Source: Candidatus Woesearchaeota archaeon | Lineage (GTDB): Archaea; Nanobdellota; Nanobdellia; SCGC-AAA011-G17; PNOQ01 | Direction: 5' to 3' | Length of the DNA stretch: 64,000 bases | Assembly: GCA_018652625.1 (NCBI GenBank) | Contig: JABIBT010000027.1 | Location: forward strand, 587-64,586 | Part shown: one piece after another, positions 41,842 through 50,706 of the stretch | Layout of the letters: each line of letters opens with the position of its first letter | Numbering within the stretch: position 1 is the stretch's first letter | Made by a program: the position numbers and the translations under genes | Notes under the pieces: model-generated | The model's input: the letters and a program-made list of their open reading frames with translations, nothing else | Told to the model about the DNA's origin: nothing | Databases searched by the model: none

Positions 41842-44445
41842 ATGAATTACAGTAAAATAGAAAAAAAGTGGCAAAACGCTTGGGAAAAAGAACAAATTTA
41901 CCAAGTAGATGAAAACTCTAAAAAACCAAAATTCTACTGCCTAAGCATGTACCCGTATCCATCCGGTTCAGGATTACATATTGGTCACGCTTCAAACTTT
42001 TCAATAACAGATGTTTTCTCTAGATTCAAAAGAATGCAAGGATTTAATGTTCTGCATCCAATGGGTTTTGATTCATTTGGATTGCCAGCAGAAAACGCGG
42101 CAATAAAAAATAATTCACACCCAAGACTTTTCACAGAAAAAGCCATTAAAAATTTCATAAGGCAAATGAAAGAACTTGGTTTAAGTTATGATTGGTCAAG
42201 AATGATTTATTCTCACGATCCAAATTACTACAAATGGAATCAATGGCTATTCTTACAGATGTTCAAAAAAGGACTAGCATACAAAAAAACTGCTCCAGTA
42301 AATTGGTGTTCTGAATGTAACACGGTTTTAGCTAATGAGCAAGTAGTAAATGGTTGTTGCTGGAGACATGAGGATAAAGAAGTTGAAATCAAAGAATTAA
42401 ATCAATGGTTTTACAAAACAACAGATTATGCTAAAGACTTGGTTAAGGATTTAGAAAAACTAGATTGGCCAGAAGAAATAAAACAAATGCAAAGAAATTG
42501 GATCGGCGAATCAGAAGGAACAATAGTAAATTTTAAATTGAAAGATACAAAAGAAGATATTCCAATTTTCACAACAAGAATAGACACAATATATGGAGTT
42601 ACATTCATGGTTTTTGCTCCAGAACATTCGAAAGTTCAAGAGTTAGTAAAGGGGACAAAATATGAAAAAAAAGTAAAAGAATTTACAAAAAAAGTAATGC
42701 TTCAAGGTAAATTTGAAAGAACTGCAGAAGATACAGAAAAAGAAGGTTTATTCATAGGAAAGTATGCAATTAATCCATTAACGAAAGAAGAGGTTCCCAT
42801 TTACATTGGAAACTTTGTAGTTCCAGATTATGGGGGCGGAGCAGTAATGGCAGTTCCTGCACACGACCAAAGAGATTTCGAGTTTGCAAAGAAATATGAC
42901 ATTCCAATAAAAGAAGTTATAACTCCCAAGGATAAAATAATAGATGAAATAGAACATGCATACATAGAAGATGGAATACTAATTAATTCAAATAAGTTTA
43001 ATGGATTAAGCAATAGAAAAGCAATACAAGAAATTACAAAATACCTAGAAAAAAAGAAACTAGGTAAAGCAACAACAAATTATAGATTAAGAGATTGGCT
43101 TCTATCAAGACAAAGATACTGGGGGACACCAATTCCAATCTTGTATTGTGACAAATGTGGATTAGTTCCTGAAAAAGAAAAAAACTTACCAATAAAACTT
43201 CCTGAAGATGTTAATTTCAAATCAGGAGGAAACCCCTTAGAGACTTCAGAAGAGTACAAAAACGCAATATGTCCAAAATGTAAGGGAAAAGCAAAAAGAG
43301 AAACAGATACTATGGACACGTTTATTGACTCTTCATGGTATTTCTTAAGATATTTAGATCCAAATAATGAAAAAGAAATATTCTCAAAGAAAAAAGCAAA
43401 TTACTGGATGCCAATTGATCTTTACATTGGAGGAAAAGAGCATGCAACTGGGCACTTAATTTATAGTAGGTTCATAACTAAAGTCTTGAAAGATTTAAAG
43501 TTAATAAAAACAAAAGAACCAATTCAGAAACTTTTCAATCAAGGAATGTTACACAAAAATGGAGTAGTAATGTCAAAATCAAAAGGAAATGTAGTTTCAC
43601 AAGAAGAAATCTCAGAAAAATATGGGATAGACACTGCAAGATTTTTCCTATTCTCAATTTCCTCTCCAGAAAAAGATAAAGAATGGAATGATAAAAGGAT
43701 AGAAGGTTCATTTAAAGTAATAAACAAAATTCTTCCGTTAACAGAAAAAGAGTTTTCCAAAGATACAACACCAGAACTAGAAAATATTCAAAATAAAACA
43801 ATAAAAAACATAACAGAAACAATTGAAAAATTACAATATAACTTATCAACAATTCACCTAACTGATTATATCAATTTCTTATCTAGAAATGAAATAACAA
43901 GGGAATCAATAGAAGTTTTATCTAAACTAATATCTCCATTCATGCCACATCTAGCAGAAGAACTGTGGGAAAAGTTAGGAAACAAAAAGTTTGTCCTAGA
44001 AGAGAAATGGCCAAAGTGTGATGAATCCAAAATTAATCCAGAAATTGACGCTCAAGAAGAATTAGTAAAAAATACAATAAATGATGTTAAAGCAATTATG
44101 GATTTAGTTAAAATAGTTCCTAAAAAAGCTACAATATCGGTGGCTGAAGGGTGGAAATACGAACTAATTAAAAATTTTAAAGAAGAATTGAAAAAAACTA
44201 GAGAACTTTCAAAATTAATAAAAAAAGTAATGGTTCAAGAACATGCAAAAGAGATTTCAAAAATAATTCCATCTTTATTAAGAAATGAATCAAAAATTCC
44301 AAAAGTAGTCCTGTCACAACAAAAAGAATTCAGAGTTCTAGAAAAAAATAAAGAGTTATTAGAAAAAGAATTAAACATAGAAATAGAGATAAAAAGAAGT
44401 AACGAAAGGGCAATGCCTTCTAAACCCGCTATAAAAATTGAATAA
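41842..44445 (+). CDS. leuS: Leucine--tRNA ligase, bacterial type
   Basis: HIGH (LHIGHA) and KMSKS (VMSKSKGN) motifs. There are long collinear matches to the E. coli-type enzyme as I remember it: YCLSMYPYPSG, HPMGFDSFGLPAENAAIKNN, YDWSR, VNWC...VLANEQV..GCCWR, QRNWIGESEG. Confidence 0.95.
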   Translation: MNYSKIEKKWQNAWEKEQIYQVDENSKKPKFYCLSMYPYPSGSGLHIGHASNFSITDVFSRFKRMQGFNVLHPMGFDSFGLPAENAAIKNNSHPRLFTEKAIKNFIRQMKELGLSYDWSRMIYSHDPNYYKWNQWLFLQMFKKGLAYKKTAPVNWCSECNTVLANEQVVNGCCWRHEDKEVEIKELNQWFYKTTDYAKDLVKDLEKLDWPEEIKQMQRNWIGESEGTIVNFKLKDTKEDIPIFTTRIDTIYGVTFMVFAPEHSKVQELVKGTKYEKKVKEFTKKVMLQGKFERTAEDTEKEGLFIGKYAINPLTKEEVPIYIGNFVVPDYGGGAVMAVPAHDQRDFEFAKKYDIPIKEVITPKDKIIDEIEHAYIEDGILINSNKFNGLSNRKAIQEITKYLEKKKLGKATTNYRLRDWLLSRQRYWGTPIPILYCDKCGLVPEKEKNLPIKLPEDVNFKSGGNPLETSEEYKNAICPKCKGKAKRETDTMDTFIDSSWYFLRYLDPNNEKEIFSKKKANYWMPIDLYIGGKEHATGHLIYSRFITKVLKDLKLIKTKEPIQKLFNQGMLHKNGVVMSKSKGNVVSQEEISEKYGIDTARFFLFSISSPEKDKEWNDKRIEGSFKVINKILPLTEKEFSKDTTPELENIQNKTIKNITETIEKLQYNLSTIHLTDYINFLSRNEITRESIEVLSKLISPFMPHLAEELWEKLGNKKFVLEEKWPKCDESKINPEIDAQEELVKNTINDVKAIMDLVKIVPKKATISVAEGWKYELIKNFKEELKKTRELSKLIKKVMVQEHAKEISKIIPSLLRNESKIPKVVLSQQKEFRVLEKNKELLEKELNIEIEIKRSNERAMPSKPAIKIE

Positions 44446-44503
44446 CTTTAAACGAATTAAAACATAAAAAAACACTTATAAGCAAGCTTTTTCTCTAAAA
44501 ATT

Positions 44504-45106
44504 ATGAAAGACGAAACATTTATGCTATTATCAATGAAGGATTCAAAATCGGTAGCTAATGCTATGTCGAACGAAACTGCACAAAAAATAATTTCTTATT
44601 TAGCAGAGCATAAAGAAGCAACAGAATCAGATATCGCAAAAAATCTAAAAGTGCCCTTACCAACAGTACATTATAATATTCAACAATTAAAAAAAGCTAA
44701 ATTAATAGATGCAAAAGAATTCTTTTGGAGTAAAAAGGGAAAAGAAATGCTAGTTTACAAATTAGCAAAGAAATATATTATAATCTCCCCAGACAATTCG
44801 GAAACTTCTTTATCAAAGTTAAAATCTCTTCTTCCAGTTACTTTGTTAAGCCTGATGGGTTCAGGAGCAATATATTTATGGCAAAATGCAAAATTATCAT
44901 CAACAAAGTTAATTGGAGCAGCTTCAGATTCAGTTATGCAAGAAACAGCAATGGGGAAAGCAATTCCTGGAACAGAGCAAGTTGCGGACTTAACACAAGA
45001 AGTAATAATTCAAACAGTTCCGCCAAATTATGCCATCTTTTTTCTAATGGGATCGTTGTCTGTAATTTTGTTTATTTTTCTATTCTCATTACTAAGAAAA
45101 AAATAA
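44504..45106 (+). CDS. Membrane-anchored winged-helix (ArsR-like) protein
   Basis: wHTH segment QKIISYLAEHKEATESDIAKNLKVPLPTVHYNIQQLKKAKLI, plus one mid TM and a C-terminal TM ending LLRKK. Confidence 0.5.
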   Translation: MKDETFMLLSMKDSKSVANAMSNETAQKIISYLAEHKEATESDIAKNLKVPLPTVHYNIQQLKKAKLIDAKEFFWSKKGKEMLVYKLAKKYIIISPDNSETSLSKLKSLLPVTLLSLMGSGAIYLWQNAKLSSTKLIGAASDSVMQETAMGKAIPGTEQVADLTQEVIIQTVPPNYAIFFLMGSLSVILFIFLFSLLRKK

Positions 45107-45201
45107 TTCTATTATAACTTTAAATAGACTTGAAGCCTAAAAGAGGTTTAAATACAATCTAAATTTACTAATTTTATGAACTTTAAGGAGGTTCAAATAA
45201 A

Positions 45202-46263
45202 ATGAAAAAATTACTAAGTATGATGTTCATCGGTCTTTTTTTATTCTCAACAATAGCTTTAGCTTTTGAGGGAGACTATGATGAAACACGGAAAAAGGAG
45301 TATTGCCAGTATTTACCTTCTCTAACTGGACAAGATTGTGAAGATCAATACGGTCCAAATTATGTTCCATCAGAGAATGAACAAGTACAACTAGACATAG
45401 TATTTGTTATAGACTCAACAGGATCTATGCACGATGAGATTAGAACAGTCAAAGAGGAACTAATCAACATAATGGATAGAATAAATTCTGGGCAACCTAG
45501 ACCTGATGTAAGGGTCGGAGTTGTAACATATAGAGATTACCCAGCACAACAAAACGAGTATCTTACTAAAACACAAGAGTTAACATATGATTTAGATGAA
45601 GTAGAAGATTTTATAAGGAAAATCGAAACTCGTGGTGGCGGAGATTACGAAGAAGCAGTTGAAGTAGGTTTATCTGAAGCAATTAATAATATGAAATGGA
45701 GAGGTTCATCCCATAAAGCAATATTATTAATTGGAGATGCCCCGGCTAGAGAAAGGGATTATCAAGATTATCCAAACTATGGAAATTACCCAGAAGTTAG
45801 ACCAAGTAATACGGCAACAACTGTTTATTCCTATGATTGGAAAGATGCAGTAGAAGATGCACATAATAAAAACATTAGAATTTATACTGCATCAGGATCT
45901 GGAATGAATGAAGAAGGCATCCAACAGTGGAAAACAATTGCTAGAAAAACTGGCGGTTCATATATAAAATTAATATATGAAAGAAGAGCAATTGAAGAAT
46001 ACTATGAAGAAAGAGCAATTCCAGTTGAATACATGCCTGAAGCTAGAACGGCCCCAGATTACGATAAAGCAACAGATTCAGTAATGACCAACAATTTTGG
46101 ATTCTTTGCTAGTAAATCTATGATCGGGATGGCTGAAGAGGCAGGTGTAGATTATTCTGGTTCATTAAATGAAGTAACTGGGGAACTATTTAAAGAACAA
46201 ACCAACACAAAACCAAACAACTTTATAGAGATGATTATTTCCAATCTTTTATTTTGGAAATAA
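45202..46263 (+). CDS. Secreted von Willebrand factor A (vWA) domain protein
   Basis: Signal peptide, MIDAS DIVFVIDSTGSM, and later GGGDYEEA and LLIGDAP. SD AAGGAGG lies upstream. Confidence 0.75.
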   Translation: MKKLLSMMFIGLFLFSTIALAFEGDYDETRKKEYCQYLPSLTGQDCEDQYGPNYVPSENEQVQLDIVFVIDSTGSMHDEIRTVKEELINIMDRINSGQPRPDVRVGVVTYRDYPAQQNEYLTKTQELTYDLDEVEDFIRKIETRGGGDYEEAVEVGLSEAINNMKWRGSSHKAILLIGDAPARERDYQDYPNYGNYPEVRPSNTATTVYSYDWKDAVEDAHNKNIRIYTASGSGMNEEGIQQWKTIARKTGGSYIKLIYERRAIEEYYEERAIPVEYMPEARTAPDYDKATDSVMTNNFGFFASKSMIGMAEEAGVDYSGSLNEVTGELFKEQTNTKPNNFIEMIISNLLFWK

Positions 46264-46284
46264 TCTTTTCTCTTTTTTTATTTT
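46264..46284 (+). terminator. T-rich terminator
   Basis: TCTTTTCTCTTTTTTTATTTT directly after the stop. Confidence 0.4.
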
Positions 46285-46330
46285 AAAACAAAAAGTATAT
46301 ATACTGGCTTCCGCAATACAAAAATATATA

Positions 46331-47077
46331 ATGGAGGTGGAAATCTTGAAAAAATTAATTTTGAGTATAATCCTGCTAGTATCTGTCTTAACTATATCCA
46401 GTTGCACTTTAGATGGTGGAACAACTGGAAGTGCAGTAAGACAATCACTTACAGCACAGGGAACAATGGATACATCCGATTCAACTGAAGAAGTTGCAAA
46501 AACAAATGAAGAGCCATTGGGTTTATTTGGTATAATAAAGGCAGCATTAACAAGAACTCAAGCAAAAAATACAGAACAACAAACAATTTCAAAATCAGGA
46601 GTTCAAAGTGTACAAAAAGGGGAAGGAGAGTGGATATTCCTAAGGAATGGAACTAATGAAACAAACTGTCTTGATGCAGATTACAATTATGATCTAAAGG
46701 TAACCTTGCCAGATCTCGGGCTGTTCGCAGTTTATTATCAAAATAAAAGTTCAGAAGCAGATTTAGATCATGACGGGAATGTAACGTTATCTGATTTTGC
46801 AATATTTGGTAGTTATTACAATAATTGTGATTTTACAATAAATGAATCCGATGTTTGGTGTGAAGATACAGATGGAGGACTTAATTATTTTGTAAGAGGA
46901 ACAGTAACAAATTACAATTATCCATTGACTAATTTCACCGATTATTGTATAGATCACGACGGGTACTCTAATGTAATGGAATATTACTGTATGCCTAATA
47001 GTACGCTAGCAATGACGAATTATAATTGCTCTACAGGTAACGGAAGTAGTTGGTGTATGAACGGGGCATGTACATAA
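46331..47077 (+). CDS. Secreted (lipobox-like) protein with dockerin/EF-hand-like Ca-binding repeat and Cys-rich C-terminal module
   Basis: Signal peptide ending LTISSC. DLDHDGNVTLSDFAIFGSYY is dockerin-like. The C-terminal Cys pattern is C..DTDGG...C...C...C...C..GAC. Confidence 0.45.
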   Translation: MEVEILKKLILSIILLVSVLTISSCTLDGGTTGSAVRQSLTAQGTMDTSDSTEEVAKTNEEPLGLFGIIKAALTRTQAKNTEQQTISKSGVQSVQKGEGEWIFLRNGTNETNCLDADYNYDLKVTLPDLGLFAVYYQNKSSEADLDHDGNVTLSDFAIFGSYYNNCDFTINESDVWCEDTDGGLNYFVRGTVTNYNYPLTNFTDYCIDHDGYSNVMEYYCMPNSTLAMTNYNCSTGNGSSWCMNGACT

Positions 47078-47097
47078 AATAACTATTTTTTCTTTTT

Positions 47098-48825
47098 TTA
47101 TTCTAAAACTGCCCTAATTCTTCTAACACCAGAACCAACAGATTTTTGTTTAATGATTCTAAATTTACCTAAATCTTTAGTGTTTTTTACATGCGGACCA
47201 GAACAAATTTCTTTTGAAAAACTACCAACAGAATAAACAAAAACTCTTTCACCATATTTGTGTGCAAAAACTCCTTCTGCACCTTTTTTCTTTGCTTCTT
47301 TAACACTCATTTCTTCTCTAATAACTTCCAATCCTTTTTGGATAGTATCATTAACTAATTTTTCAACTTTTACAACCTCTTCTTCGGTTAACTTTCTATC
47401 AAAGCTAAAATCAAACCTTAATCTTTCATGATTTATATTTGAACCTCTTTGCTCAACATTCTTTCCAAAGACCTGTTGTAAAGCAGAATGCAACAAGTGA
47501 CATGCAGTATGTAATTTGGTTGTTTTTTCAGAAGTATCTGCTAAACCACTACCAAATTTTCCCTTAGTAGCTGTTCTACTCAATTTTTGATGTTTGTTAA
47601 ACTCTTTTTCATAACCCCCAACAGCAACTTTAACTTTTTTCTCTTTAGCCATTTCTAAAGTCATCTCTAAAGGAAAGCCAAAAGATTGAAACAATAAAAA
47701 TGATTCCTTTCCAGATATTTTTTTATTTTTAGAAAATTTTTCAAATCTCCTTAATCCTCTTTCTAGAGTTCTTTTAAATTTTATTTCCTCTTTTTCAATT
47801 TCATCCAAAATAAACTTTTTCTTCTCTTTTAAATTAGGATAATCTTTCGAATTAATTTTAATCACAACTTCAGCCAACTCTTTAGTAAAATCTTTATTAA
47901 TCTTCAACAAATTTCCATGCCGTATAGCAACTCTAATTAATCTTCTTAACACATAACCCTGGTCAACGTTACTTGGTACAACTCCATCTCCAAGTAAAAA
48001 TGTAGCAGCCCGAATGTGGTCACAAACTTTTCGAATAGAAAACTCATCACCTAGTTTAGAAAGTTCTTTTATTTTTTCAACTATTGGCAATAATAAGCTA
48101 CACTCATAAAGTGATTTTTTGCCTTCTAAAATTGAATAGATTCTTTCATATCCTCCACCAAAATCAACATTTTTTTGTTCTAACTCCTCGTATTTTCCTT
48201 TAGAGGTTTTATTATACTGCATAAAAACATTATTCCCAATTTCAACCCATTTTTCATTTTTCACATCAAATTTCTCTGGAACTTTGTCATCGGAGTTCCA
48301 ATAGAATATTTCTGTATCTGGACCACATGGACCAGTTTTTCCTGCAGGTCCCCACCAATTTTCTTTTTTGTCTAAATAAGCAATCCTTTTTATTCCCACT
48401 TTTTTCCAAATTTTAGCACTTTCCTCGTCTTTTGGAGCATTCTTATCTCCCATAAATACCGAAACTGCCAATCTATCTTTATCTAATTTTAATTCCTTAG
48501 TTAAAAATTCGAATGTAAAATTAATTGCATCTTCTTTCCAATAATCTCCTAATGACCAATTACCAAACATTTCAAAGAAAGTTAAATGCATATCATCGCC
48601 CACCTCTTCAATATCACCAGTTCTCAAACACCTTTGCAAATTAACCAATCTTTTTCCGGCAGGGTGTTTTTCACCAAGTAAAAACGGAACTAATGGGTGC
48701 ATACCTGCCGTTGTAAACAAAACAGTTGGATCATTCTCGGGAATCAAAGAACTATTTTTAATTTCCTTATGTTTCTTTTTCTTAAAAAATTCAATATATT
48801 TCTTCCTCAATTCTTTTGCTTTCAT
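47098..48825 (-). CDS. alaS: Alanine--tRNA ligase, bacterial-like, short form lacking the C-Ala domain
   Basis: Motifs: FTTAGMHPLVPFLLG, TFFEMFGNWSLGDYWK, GPCGPDTEIFY, NNVFMQYN, FGGGYERI, DHIRAATFLLGDGVVPSN..GYVLRRLIR. Editing-domain motifs are HTACHLLHSAL and CSGPHV. At 575 aa it is shorter than the ~870-900 aa I recall for full-length enzymes. Confidence 0.85.
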   Translation of the reverse strand: MKAKELRKKYIEFFKKKKHKEIKNSSLIPENDPTVLFTTAGMHPLVPFLLGEKHPAGKRLVNLQRCLRTGDIEEVGDDMHLTFFEMFGNWSLGDYWKEDAINFTFEFLTKELKLDKDRLAVSVFMGDKNAPKDEESAKIWKKVGIKRIAYLDKKENWWGPAGKTGPCGPDTEIFYWNSDDKVPEKFDVKNEKWVEIGNNVFMQYNKTSKGKYEELEQKNVDFGGGYERIYSILEGKKSLYECSLLLPIVEKIKELSKLGDEFSIRKVCDHIRAATFLLGDGVVPSNVDQGYVLRRLIRVAIRHGNLLKINKDFTKELAEVVIKINSKDYPNLKEKKKFILDEIEKEEIKFKRTLERGLRRFEKFSKNKKISGKESFLLFQSFGFPLEMTLEMAKEKKVKVAVGGYEKEFNKHQKLSRTATKGKFGSGLADTSEKTTKLHTACHLLHSALQQVFGKNVEQRGSNINHERLRFDFSFDRKLTEEEVVKVEKLVNDTIQKGLEVIREEMSVKEAKKKGAEGVFAHKYGERVFVYSVGSFSKEICSGPHVKNTKDLGKFRIIKQKSVGSGVRRIRAVLE

Positions 48826-48863
48826 AGAAAATAAAGACTAAACTTAATTTAAAAACCTTTTTA

Positions 48864-50666
48864 CTAATTCCAAAAATCATCTCCAAAGGTATCTGAGATA
48901 AAATGTAACTTAATACCTCCGCCTTTTTTAGTTCTGAAACTCAAAATATCTGAATCAACGCAATTCTCTCCATTATCACAAACTGTAATTTGATAATTGT
49001 ACCGTGTTTTTGGAGCCAATCTAGACAAAACATAGTTATGTTCCATTCCATACAAGGTAGAATTCATTTCAATATCTAAATCTTCTTCTCCATATCTTAA
49101 AATAGTGGTGCTTGATTCACTAGTGTTAAATTTTATTCTCACACTTGTTGGCTGTATGCCGTAAACTGAAATATTTCTAATCTCTGGAACCTCTCCAAAA
49201 GCAAACAAATCTGAGTTTTCTCCCCATCCAAATTCAGTTCTCAAATCAAAAAAAGTAAAGTAACTAGCATTTTTGGTACAAATAATTTGTTCATGTTCTC
49301 CTTGGTAATAAGTATTATCAAAGAAAAGACTCCCACTTCCAATTACATCGACACTGCCCCCAATATAAATCGCAAATTGGTCTAGAGGGATATAAAGTGT
49401 ATTATTGTACCAACTAGAATTATACAAGGGCCTTCCAGCAGACTCAGTATTATCTATTCTCATACATCGATCATAATTACAATTAACTATATTATCAAAA
49501 ATCTTATTATTCCACCCAGAATTATCTACAATTGCCACAGTAGTAGCGTTATAAACTTCATTTCCAAAAATCAAAGCATCATTATTTCCTTTCAAAGCTA
49601 AACCATATCCTCCGCCATCAAGATAATTTCCACTAATTATAGAATTTTTAGTAAATCCAACAAACAGATTATGTTTATATGTTTCCTCGGCTGGCATATA
49701 TAATTTATTTCCGGAGATATTTGCTCCAATTAAATCAAATTCTTGTTCAGATTCAGATCCAACAGCAATACCATATCTATTCAATGCATGATAAATAAAA
49801 AAAGAGTTGTTGATTAGTTTAGGATTTTCAACCCCCTTAGTATTGGAATAAACATTAACCCCATGACCATCCCCGATATATAATTCGTTGTTCTCAATAA
49901 CAAAATTATCAGAATCCATAACTCTAACAAACATAGCATATGTATCTAAAAAGAGGGGATTCTCTTCAGATCCAAAAATATTGTTTTTTATAGAAGAATT
50001 GCTAGCATTAAATGCATATATCAAACTTTCTTTTCCAGAAAAAAAGTAATTATTTTTTATCTCACTATTTCTCAAATTAGTTAATATAATTGGACTAAAG
50101 TTCATATGAAGATTACCATAACCAAAAGTATTGTTCTCAACCACATTATTTTCTCCTCCTTTAAGCGAAATTCCATAATTTAGAAAATTAATAAATTGAT
50201 TATTTCTAAAAACTTTATTTCCATATGCCGAATCCATTCCCAAAACGGCAGAATTTTGTCCATCAAAAATAAATCCCTCAAAAATAGTCAATTCAGGACC
50301 AACAAATAATATCATCCTGTTTACATCAGGACCAACCTTCATTATAACTTCTCCAATTCCCTTGAAAGTTCTATTTTCCTTTTCTTGATTAATATGTAAA
50401 TATCCGCCCCATTGACTATCTTCAAAATACTCCCCTTCATAAATAATGATTTCAGAGTTCTCGTTAGAGTTTTCTAAAGAATAAGCAATACTTTTCCAAG
50501 AAGTTTCATAACTTAGTCCGTCCAAAGAGTTATTTCCATCAACTCTTACATGATAGGTTTCACCAAGAACAAAAGGGATTACAAGAAAAAAAAGAAGGAG
50601 CATGGTTTTTTTTGACATTGTAAATGGAGGAACTGGCTTTTTTTTATAAAAATTTGTTATCTCCAT
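48864..50666 (-). CDS. Secreted right-handed parallel beta-helix repeat protein with C-terminal FN3-like domain
   Basis: Signal peptide (the start is probably the ATG at 50618, MSKKTMLLLFFLVIPFVLG). Many N-rich about 22-aa turns of the type NNxF/I..G. The C-terminus is PTSVRIKFNTSESSTTILRYG...RYNYQITVCD. Confidence 0.6.
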   Translation of the reverse strand: MEITNFYKKKPVPPFTMSKKTMLLLFFLVIPFVLGETYHVRVDGNNSLDGLSYETSWKSIAYSLENSNENSEIIIYEGEYFEDSQWGGYLHINQEKENRTFKGIGEVIMKVGPDVNRMILFVGPELTIFEGFIFDGQNSAVLGMDSAYGNKVFRNNQFINFLNYGISLKGGENNVVENNTFGYGNLHMNFSPIILTNLRNSEIKNNYFFSGKESLIYAFNASNSSIKNNIFGSEENPLFLDTYAMFVRVMDSDNFVIENNELYIGDGHGVNVYSNTKGVENPKLINNSFFIYHALNRYGIAVGSESEQEFDLIGANISGNKLYMPAEETYKHNLFVGFTKNSIISGNYLDGGGYGLALKGNNDALIFGNEVYNATTVAIVDNSGWNNKIFDNIVNCNYDRCMRIDNTESAGRPLYNSSWYNNTLYIPLDQFAIYIGGSVDVIGSGSLFFDNTYYQGEHEQIICTKNASYFTFFDLRTEFGWGENSDLFAFGEVPEIRNISVYGIQPTSVRIKFNTSESSTTILRYGEEDLDIEMNSTLYGMEHNYVLSRLAPKTRYNYQITVCDNGENCVDSDILSFRTKKGGGIKLHFISDTFGDDFWN

Positions 50667-50706
50667 AATATATTATAGAAAATTATTTAAATGAAAAATA
50701 TAAAAT

